Source: Candidatus Dormiibacter inghamiae (GTDB lineage: Bacteria > Chloroflexota > Dormibacteria > Dormibacterales > Dormibacteraceae). From it: a DNA stretch of 64,000 nt. The DNA lies in assembly GCA_016464725.1 (NCBI GenBank), contig JAEKNO010000030.1, positions 41,803-105,802 on the forward strand, read 5' to 3'. Below, in pieces: positions 1-9,083 of the stretch (the first letter of the stretch is position 1; the number at the start of each line of letters is the position of its first letter). Position numbers and translations under genes: made by a program. The notes under the pieces were generated by a model, which had not been told where the DNA came from, did no database searches, and saw only the letters and a program-made list of their open reading frames with translations.

Positions 1-387
1 GCCCAGAGCCCCGGCGTAGGCGACCGCCCGCCGGTGAGCGTCGCGGGCCGCCTCGGCGCAGGCTTGCGCCCGTGCTGGATGGCTGGAGGACAGTGTCCAG
101 CTTGGTCCGACGACCTCTGCCCCAGCCTGCTGGACTGCCTCCCTCACCAGACGTGAGGCGAGTTTGGGGTCGTGGTGGGCGACCATGACCTGCACTATGG
201 CCCGGTGACCGCGGTGGCGATGCTCCTGGCGTTGAGCGTCCCACTCGCTCTCCGGCCGCACGGAGACGCCCGAACTCGACCAGTCCGCCGCCGTAAGGCC
301 CGCAGCCGTGAACGCCTCCTCCAGAGCTGCGCTTCGCCTTGCCACCTGGTCCAGGGCGGCGTCGGGCGGCCCCTCGAGGCGGGTCAC
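1..387 (-). CDS. hypothetical protein, partial (3' end runs off the window)
   Basis: This is the only minus-strand frame with protein-like composition (VTRLEGPPDAALDQVARRSAALEEAFTAAGL...AHRRAVAYAGALG). It opens at GTG 387..385 and stays open to base 1. No family recognised. Confidence 0.3.
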   Translation of the reverse strand, partial: MTRLEGPPDAALDQVARRSAALEEAFTAAGLTAADWSSSGVSVRPESEWDAQRQEHRHRGHRAIVQVMVAHHDPKLASRLVREAVQQAGAEVVGPSWTLSSSHPARAQACAEAARDAHRRAVAYAGALG

Positions 388-565
388 GGCGAGTAGCGGT
401 CAGGCCGCCCCCGGGCCATCCCCTCTCCTCGCACAGTGACAGTCGACGCCATCAGCCCTGCCTCCCCCTCCGCCGCCGCCGGCAGGTCGGATCTTCCCCG
501 CTGAGCCGGTCGGCTCGTACGCGGGCGAGCTCTCCCATGGCAATCATTCTCTAGCATGGTCAGCC

Positions 566-1183
566 GTGTCTGAAGCGCTTGTCATCTTCAAACCGGACTC
601 CGCGCATCGTCTGGCAGCGCGCGCAGCTCTCTGGGAGTGGCTCGCCAGCGAGCGGGACTGGAAGCTCCAAGGGCTGACCTGGTTTCAACCGCCGAGGGAG
701 TTGGTCGAGAGCCACTACGACTTCCTGGCCGACCGCCCATTCTTCTCCTGGCTGATCCAGTTCATGACAGCGCTGCCGGTCCTCGTCGGCCGCCTCGAAG
801 CGGAGCCGGAGGCTCTGGTCCAAATGCGTCACGACCTGGGCGAAACGCAGGTGCCCAAAGCCCGGCCGGGCTCGCTACGAGAGCGCTACGGCATCGGCGG
901 CGGCGTCAACGTCATGCACCTTTCCGACGCAGCCGAGACGGGCGCCAAGGAGGTGGAGAATTGGAGCCGCTTCGTGCGCCTTGACTCAGTCGAGCCGCCC
1001 GATGCAAACGACGGCCGGCCCGACCACACCTTTCACCTTCGCTCATTGGCCGGGCAATACGGCGCCGGTGTGCACAGGGAACTGGCGGCTGCGGAAATCC
1101 GGCGTTTGCTCGCTGAGGAGAGTGACCTCCGCCCTGAGCAGCTGTCGAGCCTCGGCCGGATAGTGCTGGCTGCGTTCGAATAG
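566..1183 (+). CDS. nucleoside-diphosphate kinase family protein, divergent, with about 60-aa C-terminal extension
   Basis: NDK blocks appear in order: VIFKPD, HYDFLADRPFF, PGSLRERYG, NVMHLSDA (canonical NxxHGSDS with the active-site His retained). Confidence 0.65.
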   Translation: MSEALVIFKPDSAHRLAARAALWEWLASERDWKLQGLTWFQPPRELVESHYDFLADRPFFSWLIQFMTALPVLVGRLEAEPEALVQMRHDLGETQVPKARPGSLRERYGIGGGVNVMHLSDAAETGAKEVENWSRFVRLDSVEPPDANDGRPDHTFHLRSLAGQYGAGVHRELAAAEIRRLLAEESDLRPEQLSSLGRIVLAAFE

Positions 1184-1397
1184 CAGCGAGTGTCCCTGCG
1201 TCAGAGATTCGTTGAGTAGATTGTGGCAGCCGCCCGGAGGCCGGTCCGGGCATCAAGGCCAGGAAATGGGTGGCACCAGGAGGAGCGCACTTCCGGCCGG
1301 GGGCCCCGCGGCGGGGCGTGCGACGACGGGCCGGCCCCATGACGCCGGCATCGATGTCCGGAGCCGCAATATGCCAACGAATTTCTGGCACGGGACA

Positions 1398-1874
1398 CTA
1401 GCCGGCTGGGACGTCAGGCTCCGGTTCGGCCTTCGGGCTGGCCCAATCGGGAGGCGCCTGCCGCACGGTCAGCGTGTTGCTGAAGAGCGAGATGTTGGGA
1501 ATCACTATGAGCGCGCCGTCCTCGCCTCGCAGGTAGGTGGTGCGCATGCGCACCTCCTCCACCCGGCCGGTCGCCCCACCGGTCTCCAGCAGCTCGCCGA
1601 CCCTGACGTTCCGCTCCAGCAGTACGTAGAAGCCGGCGACATAGCTCTTGAAGATGTCCTGCAGGCCCAAGCTGGTCACGAAGGCCGCGACCAACAGCCC
1701 GGTCAGGCCCGCGGCAGCATTGCCCAGGGAGAGGGAGATGAACTCGAACACACCCAGCCCGATCAGCCCCGCGTAGACGACGCGCTCGGTGAGCAGCGCC
1801 ATGTCCGGCCTGATGTGACGGCGGGCCAGGGCGCGGCGCAGGACGCGCCGGATGAGCAGCGCCAGCAGGTACAC
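1398..1874 (-). CDS. MscS-family mechanosensitive channel, short form; start uncertain
   Basis: TM3/beta-domain signature: SLGLQDIFKSYVAGFYVLLERNVRVGELLETGGATGRVEEVRMRTTYLRGEDGALIVIPN. The frame stays open and hydrophobic upstream of the first canonical start. Confidence 0.6.
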   Translation of the reverse strand: MYLLALLIRRVLRRALARRHIRPDMALLTERVVYAGLIGLGVFEFISLSLGNAAAGLTGLLVAAFVTSLGLQDIFKSYVAGFYVLLERNVRVGELLETGGATGRVEEVRMRTTYLRGEDGALIVIPNISLFSNTLTVRQAPPDWASPKAEPEPDVPAG

Positions 1875-1996
1875 GAGGGCTAGGACCAGCAGACCTGAGA
1901 TGACCTGCCGGACCGGCGCCAGCGCCTGCGAGTTCAGGTACCAGTCAGGGGTGAGGACCGCCGGTGCCGGACCGATCGGCCTGAAGCCCGAGAGGA

Positions 1997-2656
1997 CTAT
2001 TCGGCCCCTTCCGCAGAGTGCTCTTCGGCCGCCTCCTCCTCGCCAGCCTCGGCCGGCTCTTCGGCCTGGCCTTCCGCGGCTTCTTCGGCGGCCAGCTCGG
2101 CGACCATGTCGCGGCGCGCCGTCAGCTTGACCACCATCTCCTCGGGATCGTCGACGACGCTTACTCCCGGCGGGAGCCGCAGGTCGCCCACTCGGATGCC
2201 CTCGTCGATCTCCTTCAAGCCCGAGATATCCACGTCGACGACGTCCGGGATGTCAGTGGGCAGGCACTCGACCTTGAGGTTGTGAAGCACGTGAAGGACG
2301 TCGGCGTCGCCGGCATCGACCGGAGCCGGGAGACCGCTGACTGTAACCGGCACCTCCACCTGCAGCTTCTCCCGCAGGCTCACCTGGTGAAAATCCACGT
2401 GGACAACGTGGTGCCAGCGAGGCGAATGCTGGATCTCCTTGACCAGGACCTTGTGCGGTCGCCCGTCGTCGATCACCAGGTCGATCAACGAAGTTCGGCC
2501 CACCCTGGCGAAGACCCTGCCGAACTCCCGCGCGTCGAGCTGCAGGTTGAACGCCTTGGTGTGGTGGCCGTAAAGGACGGCGGGCAGCAGGCCCTGATGG
2601 CGGAGCTTGCGGCTGGCTTTGCCCAGGCTGTCCCGCTTGTTGGCATTCAGTTGCAT
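1997..2656 (-). CDS. rplY: 50S ribosomal protein L25 / general stress protein Ctc
   Basis: MQLNANKRDSLGKASRKLRHQGLLPAVLYG... followed by an acidic C-terminal tail. The start was moved to the internal ATG at 2656 that begins the conserved N-terminus. Confidence 0.85.
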   Translation of the reverse strand: MQLNANKRDSLGKASRKLRHQGLLPAVLYGHHTKAFNLQLDAREFGRVFARVGRTSLIDLVIDDGRPHKVLVKEIQHSPRWHHVVHVDFHQVSLREKLQVEVPVTVSGLPAPVDAGDADVLHVLHNLKVECLPTDIPDVVDVDISGLKEIDEGIRVGDLRLPPGVSVVDDPEEMVVKLTARRDMVAELAAEEAAEGQAEEPAEAGEEEAAEEHSAEGAE

Positions 2657-2754
2657 ACGATCTCCAAAAGTAAGCCGCCTTGCAGCTGACGCTAGTATCA
2701 TCTGCACTGCGTGAAACAAAACGCTGTTTCCGCGCGTTCAAGTTTAGCAACTCA

Positions 2755-4116
2755 ATGCGAAAAACCACCAGAATCTACGTTCTCGTCGCACTCAACCTGG
2801 TAGCACTCATCGCCCTCGGCGGTTCCCTCTTGATTACTGCGGACCGCGAGAGCAATCGTGCCCAAGCCCAGTATGAGCAGAACCGCGCGCGTCTGAGCGC
2901 GGCGCTCCAGCAGGCGCAGGCTCAGGGCTTCACGGCCGCCGATCTCCGGCCCTTCGATGGGGCACTCTCAGGTATGGACCACGCCCAGGCACCCTCCTGG
3001 CCACCGGCTCGGGTTCACTACTTTCGCTCGAATGCCACGACAGCGGATCAGCTGAACAGCCAGCTGACTGTGCGTGAGCGCCAGCTGCTCGACTCGGCTC
3101 AGAGCGACGCTGCCAACCAGATCAAGACCGACCAGGCTGCCCTGGCCAACAGCCAGGCGATCGGCGTCGACCCGACTGATGTGACTCCCCTGCAGCAGCG
3201 GCTGGACGGTGCGGTGAAGCAGCAGGGTGCCGCCCACACCATCACCGACTACCGCAAGGTGTCGGCCGACGCCCAGGCGCTCAACAACGACATCGCCGCC
3301 CTGGTCGCCAACCAGGCCAAGGAGAACGACGCCATCCAAACGGCGGCCGCCGATCTGAAGGGCAAGACCGCAGGCAATCTGGACGCCATCCACAAGGCCG
3401 GCCAGGACGCTCTGACCGAGGGTCGCAACAACGCGACGGCAGCCGCCTACCTGAACAAGCCCAGCCCCTTCAAGGGCTGGAACGCTGTCAACTCGGCTTA
3501 CTCGAAGCTCGAGAAATACGCCGCCAAGCTTGGCTCAGGCAACGTGGATGAGGCAGCCGTGGCAGCCGCCGCCCTCCAGCGCTACAACAGCCAGATCCAC
3601 GACGGGCTCTTCAGCAATCTGCCCCCGAAGGCGATCATGATCCAGCACGACGCCCAGCAACTGTGGGCTTATGAGAACGGCCAGGAGGTCCGCTCCACTC
3701 AGGTCACCACCGGTCGGCCGGCTCTGCCCACCGACATCGGCCCGATGAAGGTGCTCAGCAAGTCACATCCGTGGAAGATGCACTCGCCCTGGCCGAAGGG
3801 GTCTCCCTACTGGTACCCGGACACGATGGTTCAGTACGTGCTCTGGTTCACCAATACGGGCGAGGGCCTGCACGACGCCTCCTGGCAGGGCTGCTGCTGG
3901 GGCCCCGGCTCCGAGAACAACGAGGGCCTCGCCAGCCATGGCTGCATTCACGTGCCCTTCGACACCGAGGTCTGGATGTTCAACTGGGCGCCCGAGGGCA
4001 CGCCCGTGATCTTCTACCCCGGCGATGGCAGCCCTGTCCAGAACCAGCTCGCTCAGATCACGACCGACGACAAGGGCAATCCGCTGAGCGGTCCTGGGGG
4101 CGCCCGGGGTATCTAA
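2755..4116 (+). CDS. L,D-transpeptidase (YkuD domain) with N-terminal membrane anchor
   Basis: N-terminal TM segment (IYVLVALNLVALIALGG). C-terminal YkuD block with the catalytic motif: LHDASW...SHGCIHVPFD. Confidence 0.8.
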   Translation: MRKTTRIYVLVALNLVALIALGGSLLITADRESNRAQAQYEQNRARLSAALQQAQAQGFTAADLRPFDGALSGMDHAQAPSWPPARVHYFRSNATTADQLNSQLTVRERQLLDSAQSDAANQIKTDQAALANSQAIGVDPTDVTPLQQRLDGAVKQQGAAHTITDYRKVSADAQALNNDIAALVANQAKENDAIQTAAADLKGKTAGNLDAIHKAGQDALTEGRNNATAAAYLNKPSPFKGWNAVNSAYSKLEKYAAKLGSGNVDEAAVAAAALQRYNSQIHDGLFSNLPPKAIMIQHDAQQLWAYENGQEVRSTQVTTGRPALPTDIGPMKVLSKSHPWKMHSPWPKGSPYWYPDTMVQYVLWFTNTGEGLHDASWQGCCWGPGSENNEGLASHGCIHVPFDTEVWMFNWAPEGTPVIFYPGDGSPVQNQLAQITTDDKGNPLSGPGGARGI

Positions 4117-4161
4117 AGGGACGCTAGCCGCCCGATTCGCCGGTCTCCGCCGGCGCTGATC

Positions 4162-4599
4162 CTAGCGGGCGGGAAAGCGGTTGCGCAGCCAGTCGATGAT
4201 CGACTGCAACGGGGCGCCGGGGGTGAAGATCTCGGCCACGCCCTGCTTCTTTAACTCGACTATGTCGTCCTCGGGCACTATGCCCCCACCGAAGACCACT
4301 ATGTCCTCAGCCCTTCGCCTCCTCAGCTCTTCGACCACTGCCGGAAAGAGCGTCATATGCGCCCCCGAGTGGAGCGAGAGACCTATTACCTGAGCGTCCT
4401 CCTGCAGGGCGGCCTCGACAACCATTTGCGGGGTTTGCCGCAGACCCGTGTAGATGATCTCGAAGCCGGCGTCACGCAGGGCGCGGGCAACCACCTTTAC
4501 GCCGCGGTCATGTCCGTCCAGGCCCACCTTGGCCAGCACTATCCTCACCGGTCGAGCGGGCTCCTCGACCTGCGCGCCGGCCGCCGCCAGCTCGCTCAA
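4162..4599 (-). CDS. acyl-CoA mutase cobalamin-binding small subunit
   Basis: B12-binding DxHxxG motif ([28 protein letters not shown]). Overlaps the large-subunit stop by 4 nt. Confidence 0.85.
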   Translation of the reverse strand: MSELAAAGAQVEEPARPVRIVLAKVGLDGHDRGVKVVARALRDAGFEIIYTGLRQTPQMVVEAALQEDAQVIGLSLHSGAHMTLFPAVVEELRRRRAEDIVVFGGGIVPEDDIVELKKQGVAEIFTPGAPLQSIIDWLRNRFPAR

Positions 4600-6248
4600 A
4601 TCACAGCCTTCTCGGTGTAGAGGCCGAAGACGTCAACCATGGCGCCCATGATCTCACCCTCCGTGCAGTAGGCGCGTACGGCGTCGAGGATGTAGGGCAT
4701 CAGGTTCTCCCTCGGCGAGGCGGCTGCCTTCCGCAGCTGCGTTACCGCCCTGGCGGCCTGCGCCTGGTCTCGTCGGCGGCGGACTTCGCGGACACGCTCC
4801 ACCTGTTCCTGTTCCAGCCGGCGGGGGATGCGGAGGATCTCGATCTCGTCCTCCTCGTTGCCGGCCGTGAACTCATTCACGCCCACTATGAGGCGCTGGC
4901 GCGTTTCCAGCTCCTGCTGATGGCGGAAAGCGGCGTCGGCGATCTCCTTCTGCATGAAGCCGGCCTCAATGGCCGGGATGACGCCGCCGTAGGCGTCGAT
5001 CCGCTCGAAGTACGCCTCCGCCTCCGCCTCCATCCGGTCGGTGAGCGCCTCGACGAAGTAGGAGCCGCCAAGCGGGTCGACAGTGTTGGCGACGCCGCTC
5101 TCGAAAGCGAGCATCTGCTGCGTGCGAAGCGCTATCCGTGCGGACTTGTCGGTGGGCAGACCCAGAACCTCATCCATGGCGTTCGTGTGCAGCGACTGGG
5201 TGCCCCCGAGCACCGCCGCGAGCGCTTCGGTGGCCGTCCGGGCGATGTTCAGCTCAGGTTGCTGGGCAGTGAGTGAAACGCCTGCCGTCTGGGTGTGAAA
5301 GCGCAGCTTCAAGGAGCGTTCGTCCTGGGCGCCGTAGCGGTCACGCAAGTGACGTGCCCAGATGCGACGGGCGGCGCGGAACTTCGCTATCTCCTCGAAG
5401 AAGTCAATGTGCGCGTCAAAGAAGTACGCCAGCCGCGGCGCGAAGTCATCGATCTTGAGGCCTCGTTCGAGGCAGGCGTCGACGTAGGCGAAGCCGTCAG
5501 CCAGCGTGAACGCGAGCTCCTGAGCGGCTGTCGAGCCCGCTTCCCGGATGTGGTAACCGGATATGGAGACTGTGTTCCAGCGCGGCACCTCCTTGGCGCA
5601 GTACTCGATCGAATCGACCACCAGTCGCATCGAGGGCTGCGGCGGGAAGATGAACTCCTTCTGAGCGATGAACTCCTTCAGGATGTCGTTTTGGAGCGTG
5701 CCGTTCAGCTGCTTCATCGACGCGCCCTGCTTCTCGGCCACTGCCAGGTACATACAGAGCAGAACAGCGGCAGGTGAATTGATGGTCATCGAGGTGGAGA
5801 CCTGGGCCAGCGGTATCCCCCGGAACAGCGTCTCCATGTCGTCCAGGGAGTCGATCGCGACCCCGCAGTGACCAAGCTCGCCCCGGCTGGTGGGAGCGTC
5901 AGAGTCCTGGCCCATCAGGGTTGGCATGTCAAACGCCACCGAGAGCCCTGTCTGCCCGTTCTCCAGCAGGTACTTGTACCGCCGGTTGGTTTCAGCGGCG
6001 GTAGCGAAGCCCGCGAACTGGCGCATCGTCCAGAGCCTGCCGCGATAGCCGGCGGCGTGAATGCCCCGCGTATAGGGAAACTCTCCGGGCAGCTCTTCCG
6101 GCCCCTCACTCAGCGAAGCTGAGGTGTAGAGAGGCTCGATATCCGCTCCCGAGACTGTGGTGCTGCTCACGCCATCACTACGCTTGGGCGCGGTCTCGAA
6201 CTGCCGCTGCCACTGAGCGAAAGTCTCCTCGGCGTAGCGAACTTTCAC
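4596..6248 (-). CDS. acyl-CoA mutase large (substrate-binding) subunit with isobutyryl-CoA-mutase-like signature
   Basis: [56 protein letters not shown]. The TIM-barrel domain is present without a fused B12 domain. Confidence 0.85.
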   Translation of the reverse strand: MKVRYAEETFAQWQRQFETAPKRSDGVSSTTVSGADIEPLYTSASLSEGPEELPGEFPYTRGIHAAGYRGRLWTMRQFAGFATAAETNRRYKYLLENGQTGLSVAFDMPTLMGQDSDAPTSRGELGHCGVAIDSLDDMETLFRGIPLAQVSTSMTINSPAAVLLCMYLAVAEKQGASMKQLNGTLQNDILKEFIAQKEFIFPPQPSMRLVVDSIEYCAKEVPRWNTVSISGYHIREAGSTAAQELAFTLADGFAYVDACLERGLKIDDFAPRLAYFFDAHIDFFEEIAKFRAARRIWARHLRDRYGAQDERSLKLRFHTQTAGVSLTAQQPELNIARTATEALAAVLGGTQSLHTNAMDEVLGLPTDKSARIALRTQQMLAFESGVANTVDPLGGSYFVEALTDRMEAEAEAYFERIDAYGGVIPAIEAGFMQKEIADAAFRHQQELETRQRLIVGVNEFTAGNEEDEIEILRIPRRLEQEQVERVREVRRRRDQAQAARAVTQLRKAAASPRENLMPYILDAVRAYCTEGEIMGAMVDVFGLYTEKAVI

Positions 6249-6309
6249 GCTTCGGACTGTACCAATCGGCCTAGGCGCGCTTCGCCAGAAGCTTGGGCTC
6301 AGCCCTGAT

Positions 6310-7269
6310 TCAGGTTCTGGCTGCCTCGGGCACGAGGCGACCGCCTGCCCGGGTCAGGATCTCCTCGGCGGCGGCGTAGGGGATGCGGTCGCGACGCAGG
6401 CGGCCGGCGACCGCCTCATCGTGGTCCAAGAGGCGCCGGGCCTGAGCCCGAGCCCATTCCGCGACCAGATCGGCGGCTTCGTCCTTCAACCTCGCTTCAG
6501 CCCGCTTGGCGGCCTCGCCGGTCGCCTCCAAGTGGGCGCGATGGCGCTCCACGGCCGCCAACACCTCGACCACTCCCTCGCCTTTGATGGCGCTGGCACC
6601 GACGATCGGCGCGCGCCAGCTGAGCTTGGGCCCCATGTTGAGCATCGAACGAATTTCTTGCATCGTCTTCTGGGCGCCCGGCAGGTCTGCCTTGTTGACC
6701 ACAAAGACGTCGGCTATCTCCATGATGCCTGCCTTGAGCATCTGCACGCCGTCGCCCAAGCCCGGAGTCAATACGACCAGCGTGGTGTCAGCGATGGCGG
6801 CCACCTCCAACTCCGACTGGCCGACGCCCACGGTTTCCAGGATGACCTCGTCAAAGCCGAAGGCGCCCAGCAGGCGGACAGCCTCGCGGGAGGCCACCGA
6901 GAGACCGCCCAAGTGCCCGCGGGCGCCCATGGAGCGGATGTAGACGCCTGGGTCGAGCGCGTGCCTCTGCATGCGGATGCGATCGCCGAGGATGGCGCCC
7001 CCCGAATACGGCGAGTTGGGGTCTACTGCCAGAACTGCTACCCGCAGCTTGCTCTCGCGGAGATTGCCGACCAGCGCATCGACGAGCGTGGACTTCCCAG
7101 TTCCGGGGGCGCCGGTGAAACCGAGCACGCGGGGCCGCCGCGCACCGTTCGCCAGCGCTTCCAGCAGGTGCCTGACCGAAGGGTCCCGCTGCTCGACCAG
7201 CGAGATGGCGCGGGCCAGGCCGCGGATGTTGCCGGCCTTGAACTCGGCCAGCAGGTTACGTTCCGGCAT
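6310..7269 (-). CDS. meaB: mutase-associated G3E GTPase MeaB/ArgK
   Basis: P-loop [14 protein letters not shown] plus VVNKADL. Lies directly upstream of the mutase genes on the same strand. Confidence 0.85.
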   Translation of the reverse strand: MPERNLLAEFKAGNIRGLARAISLVEQRDPSVRHLLEALANGARRPRVLGFTGAPGTGKSTLVDALVGNLRESKLRVAVLAVDPNSPYSGGAILGDRIRMQRHALDPGVYIRSMGARGHLGGLSVASREAVRLLGAFGFDEVILETVGVGQSELEVAAIADTTLVVLTPGLGDGVQMLKAGIMEIADVFVVNKADLPGAQKTMQEIRSMLNMGPKLSWRAPIVGASAIKGEGVVEVLAAVERHRAHLEATGEAAKRAEARLKDEAADLVAEWARAQARRLLDHDEAVAGRLRRDRIPYAAAEEILTRAGGRLVPEAART

Positions 7270-7343
7270 GCCGTTCCATCATGGAGCAAGACATCCGGCT
7301 CCTATGCAGGAGGCAGCCGCAAAAAAGGATGATCTGGCGGAGA

Positions 7344-7361
7344 AGACGCCTTCCGGCGTCT
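7344..7361 (-). terminator. hairpin (7-bp stem, GGAA loop on the minus strand) downstream of the LCP gene, possible terminator
   Basis: AGACGCC-TTCC-GGCGTCT. On the minus strand a T6 run follows, but only about 17 nt later, so it is not a canonical intrinsic terminator. Confidence 0.3.
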
Positions 7362-7376
7362 CGGCGCTCGCTGCTA

Positions 7377-7553
7377 GAGGTGCGGCCGGGAACCCGGACG
7401 AGAGATTGGGTGGCCAAGTGGGTCAAATCCAAGGAGCCGACGAGCACCGCAGTGAGCGTATTGCGAATACGCCCAGCGAGGAGCGCAGGAGGCGGCGCCG
7501 GAGATGGCCCGCATGGGCGCCGAAGTTCCAGACGGGCTTTTCGGCCGCACCTC
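7377..7553. repeat. terminal-inverted-repeat element, copy 1 (177 nt), MITE-like or structured RNA
   Basis: Begins GAGGTGCGGCCG and ends CGGCCGCACCTC, a perfect 12-bp inverted repeat. Flanked by TA on both sides (7375-7376 and 7554-7555). Two further copies are in the window. Confidence 0.8.
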
Positions 7554-8986
7554 TAGGCGTTTGCTTGGCCAAGCCAGCGCAGGGCATAGTCGTGGCCGAG
7601 GACAACCACCAAGCCTCCTGCCGGCGGCTGAGGGGTCGGCGAGGGCTGGCCGGCGACCGGCTGCACCACGGTGGCGCTGAAGTACTGCTGGAGCCAGCGG
7701 GTGGTCTCCGGATAGCGGCCACCGGAATAGTCGTAGACGGCGGTTGCTGTAGCGCTGCGGACACGCTGCGGCGGCTGCACCTGCAGGCCGAGGGGTTTCA
7801 GGCTGAGGCTCACCCTATCTCCCAACTCGGCCAGCGAGCGGCTGCCGTTGGCGATCTGCACAGGTGCCTTCTCGGTCACCACGCTGGGAGCCACAAAGAG
7901 GTTGGCGAAGTACTGGTGCATCATTCTCCAGCTGGGGTCCAAGGGACAGACCAGGTAGGCCGCCGGGCTGCTGCATTGATCGCTGACCAGGTCGTCGACT
8001 GTGATGGCGGCGTGGCCGATGGCGTTGTCCCGCAGTTTGCTCGTCCACGCCTGGAGGGCACGGAGGTTGTTCAGGTCCAAGTCGGTGGAGAAGTCCTTCT
8101 GGAGGGCATCCATGAGCTGCGGCACCTTGGTCAACGCGTTCACTGACATGGCCTGTTTACGGATGGCGCTGAGAAGAAGCTGCTGGCGGCGGGAGCGTCC
8201 GAAGTCGCTGGCCTCGGCCGGCTGCTTAGCGTGGCGCGAGCGCGCCAGCTGGAGGGCCTGCTCGCCGTTGATGTGCTGACAGCCCTTCTGGAAGTGGATG
8301 CCGCCCTTCACATAGCCGTTGTGATAATCGGGGTACTGGTAGTCGTCAAGAGGTCCGTCCAGACAGACCTCGATGCCGCCCATGGCGTCGACCACGTCGC
8401 GGAAGGCCTTGAAGTCGGCGGCCAGATAGCCATCGAACTTGAGTCCTGTCACGGCGGTTACGGTTTGTTCGGCGAGGCGGCCGCCGCGATCTTTACCTGT
8501 CCGGAACTGACTCTTCTGACCGCTCCAACCCTGTGTGTCCATGGCCACCGAGTAGGCCGCGTTGACTTTCTCAGTCACCGGAGGGGCATTTGCGAAGGCG
8601 TCTATCTTGACCTGGAGGTCTCGCGGGATCGAGACTTGCATGACCCTACCGCTGGCCGGGTCAAGGCTCACCACCACCATCGAGTCGGTCAGCCAAGGAG
8701 CATCGTTCTCCGCCCCTCCGTAGCCGAGCAGCAGCAGGTTCACCTGCTCCTTGTGATTGAGCTTCCAAGCGATGGAGCCAGGCGCCGGCCGAAAGGCTTC
8801 CTGAGCTTCCTGAAAAGGATTGCTGAACCCCGTCACGCTGTGCAGGAAGCCCTGGGCGCGGTAGGCGGCAAAGCCACCCGCGAGGATGACCAGTGCCAGC
8901 GCCGCGGCTAGAACTACTCGTTTGCGAGGCCGAGAAGACTGCTCGGTTGCGATCGCTTCTGACAAGGGCGGTAAAGGCGTTGACAT
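7553..8986 (-). CDS. LytR-CpsA-Psr (LCP) family cell-envelope phosphotransferase
   Basis: N-terminal TM segment, then an LCP core (NLLLLGYGGAENDAPWLTDSMVVVSLDPASGRVMQVSIPRDL) and a LytR_C-like tail. Confidence 0.8.
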   Translation of the reverse strand: MSTPLPPLSEAIATEQSSRPRKRVVLAAALALVILAGGFAAYRAQGFLHSVTGFSNPFQEAQEAFRPAPGSIAWKLNHKEQVNLLLLGYGGAENDAPWLTDSMVVVSLDPASGRVMQVSIPRDLQVKIDAFANAPPVTEKVNAAYSVAMDTQGWSGQKSQFRTGKDRGGRLAEQTVTAVTGLKFDGYLAADFKAFRDVVDAMGGIEVCLDGPLDDYQYPDYHNGYVKGGIHFQKGCQHINGEQALQLARSRHAKQPAEASDFGRSRRQQLLLSAIRKQAMSVNALTKVPQLMDALQKDFSTDLDLNNLRALQAWTSKLRDNAIGHAAITVDDLVSDQCSSPAAYLVCPLDPSWRMMHQYFANLFVAPSVVTEKAPVQIANGSRSLAELGDRVSLSLKPLGLQVQPPQRVRSATATAVYDYSGGRYPETTRWLQQYFSATVVQPVAGQPSPTPQPPAGGLVVVLGHDYALRWLGQANA

Positions 8987-9019
8987 GGAAGCCGGCTACC
9001 TCTTCTGATTGGAACGTGG

Positions 9020-9070
9020 AGTGGAAAGGAAAGGAAGCGCAAGGGCCGCCCGCGGCAGGCGGACGGCCCC
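9020..9070 (-). terminator. intrinsic-terminator-like GC hairpin with U-rich tail
   Basis: Stem GGGCCG.CCGC / GCGG.CGGCCC at 9043-9069, 14 nt after the stop at 9084. The minus strand continues UUGCGCUUCCUUUCCUUUCC. Confidence 0.5.
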
Positions 9071-9083
9071 TAGGCTACGTGAT

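Noticed and set aside
4596-6248. Assigning the Phe/Gln mutase more precisely as 2-hydroxyisobutyryl-CoA mutase or pivalyl-CoA mutase.
   Set aside because: Those assignments depend on further active-site positions that I cannot align reliably by eye. Only the MCM-versus-ICM-type distinction is supported.
7400-7436. tRNA-like features inside the repeat: GAGAGAUUGGGUGGCCAAGUGG resembles a class-II tRNA D-arm, and UGG-GUCAAAU-CCA resembles a T-loop. SRP, 6S, tmRNA and RNase P were also considered.
   Set aside because: No cloverleaf, anticodon arm or acceptor/CCA context can be drawn. The lengths and conserved motifs of SRP, 6S, tmRNA and RNase P are absent. The resemblance covers only short GC-rich strings and may be chance.
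7377-7553. The repeat as a riboswitch. Cobalamin was considered because copy 1 lies upstream of meaB and a B12-dependent mutase. Guanidine-I/ykkC was considered because of the CUAG..GG..CCGAGAG string.
   Set aside because: No B12-box or GGUGAAA-type cobalamin core is present. The 3' half lacks the ykkC ACGR/AAAAGCCCGGGAGA blocks in the proper order. The other two copies precede unrelated genes (a PspA-like gene and a small hypothetical), which is not riboswitch-like behaviour.
6971-8146. Very long plus-strand ORFs overlapping real minus-strand genes. This one, and similar track entries at 31152..32141, 34034..35551, 16549..17535, 23532..24563, 28238..29602 and the 5' part of 53911..55503.
   Set aside because: Their translations are Arg/Pro/Gly/Ala-rich with no recognisable domains. 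They lie antisense or out of frame to ORFs with clear family signatures. They are typical open-frame artefacts of high-GC DNA. Three of them look related to each other only because they run through the repeat element.
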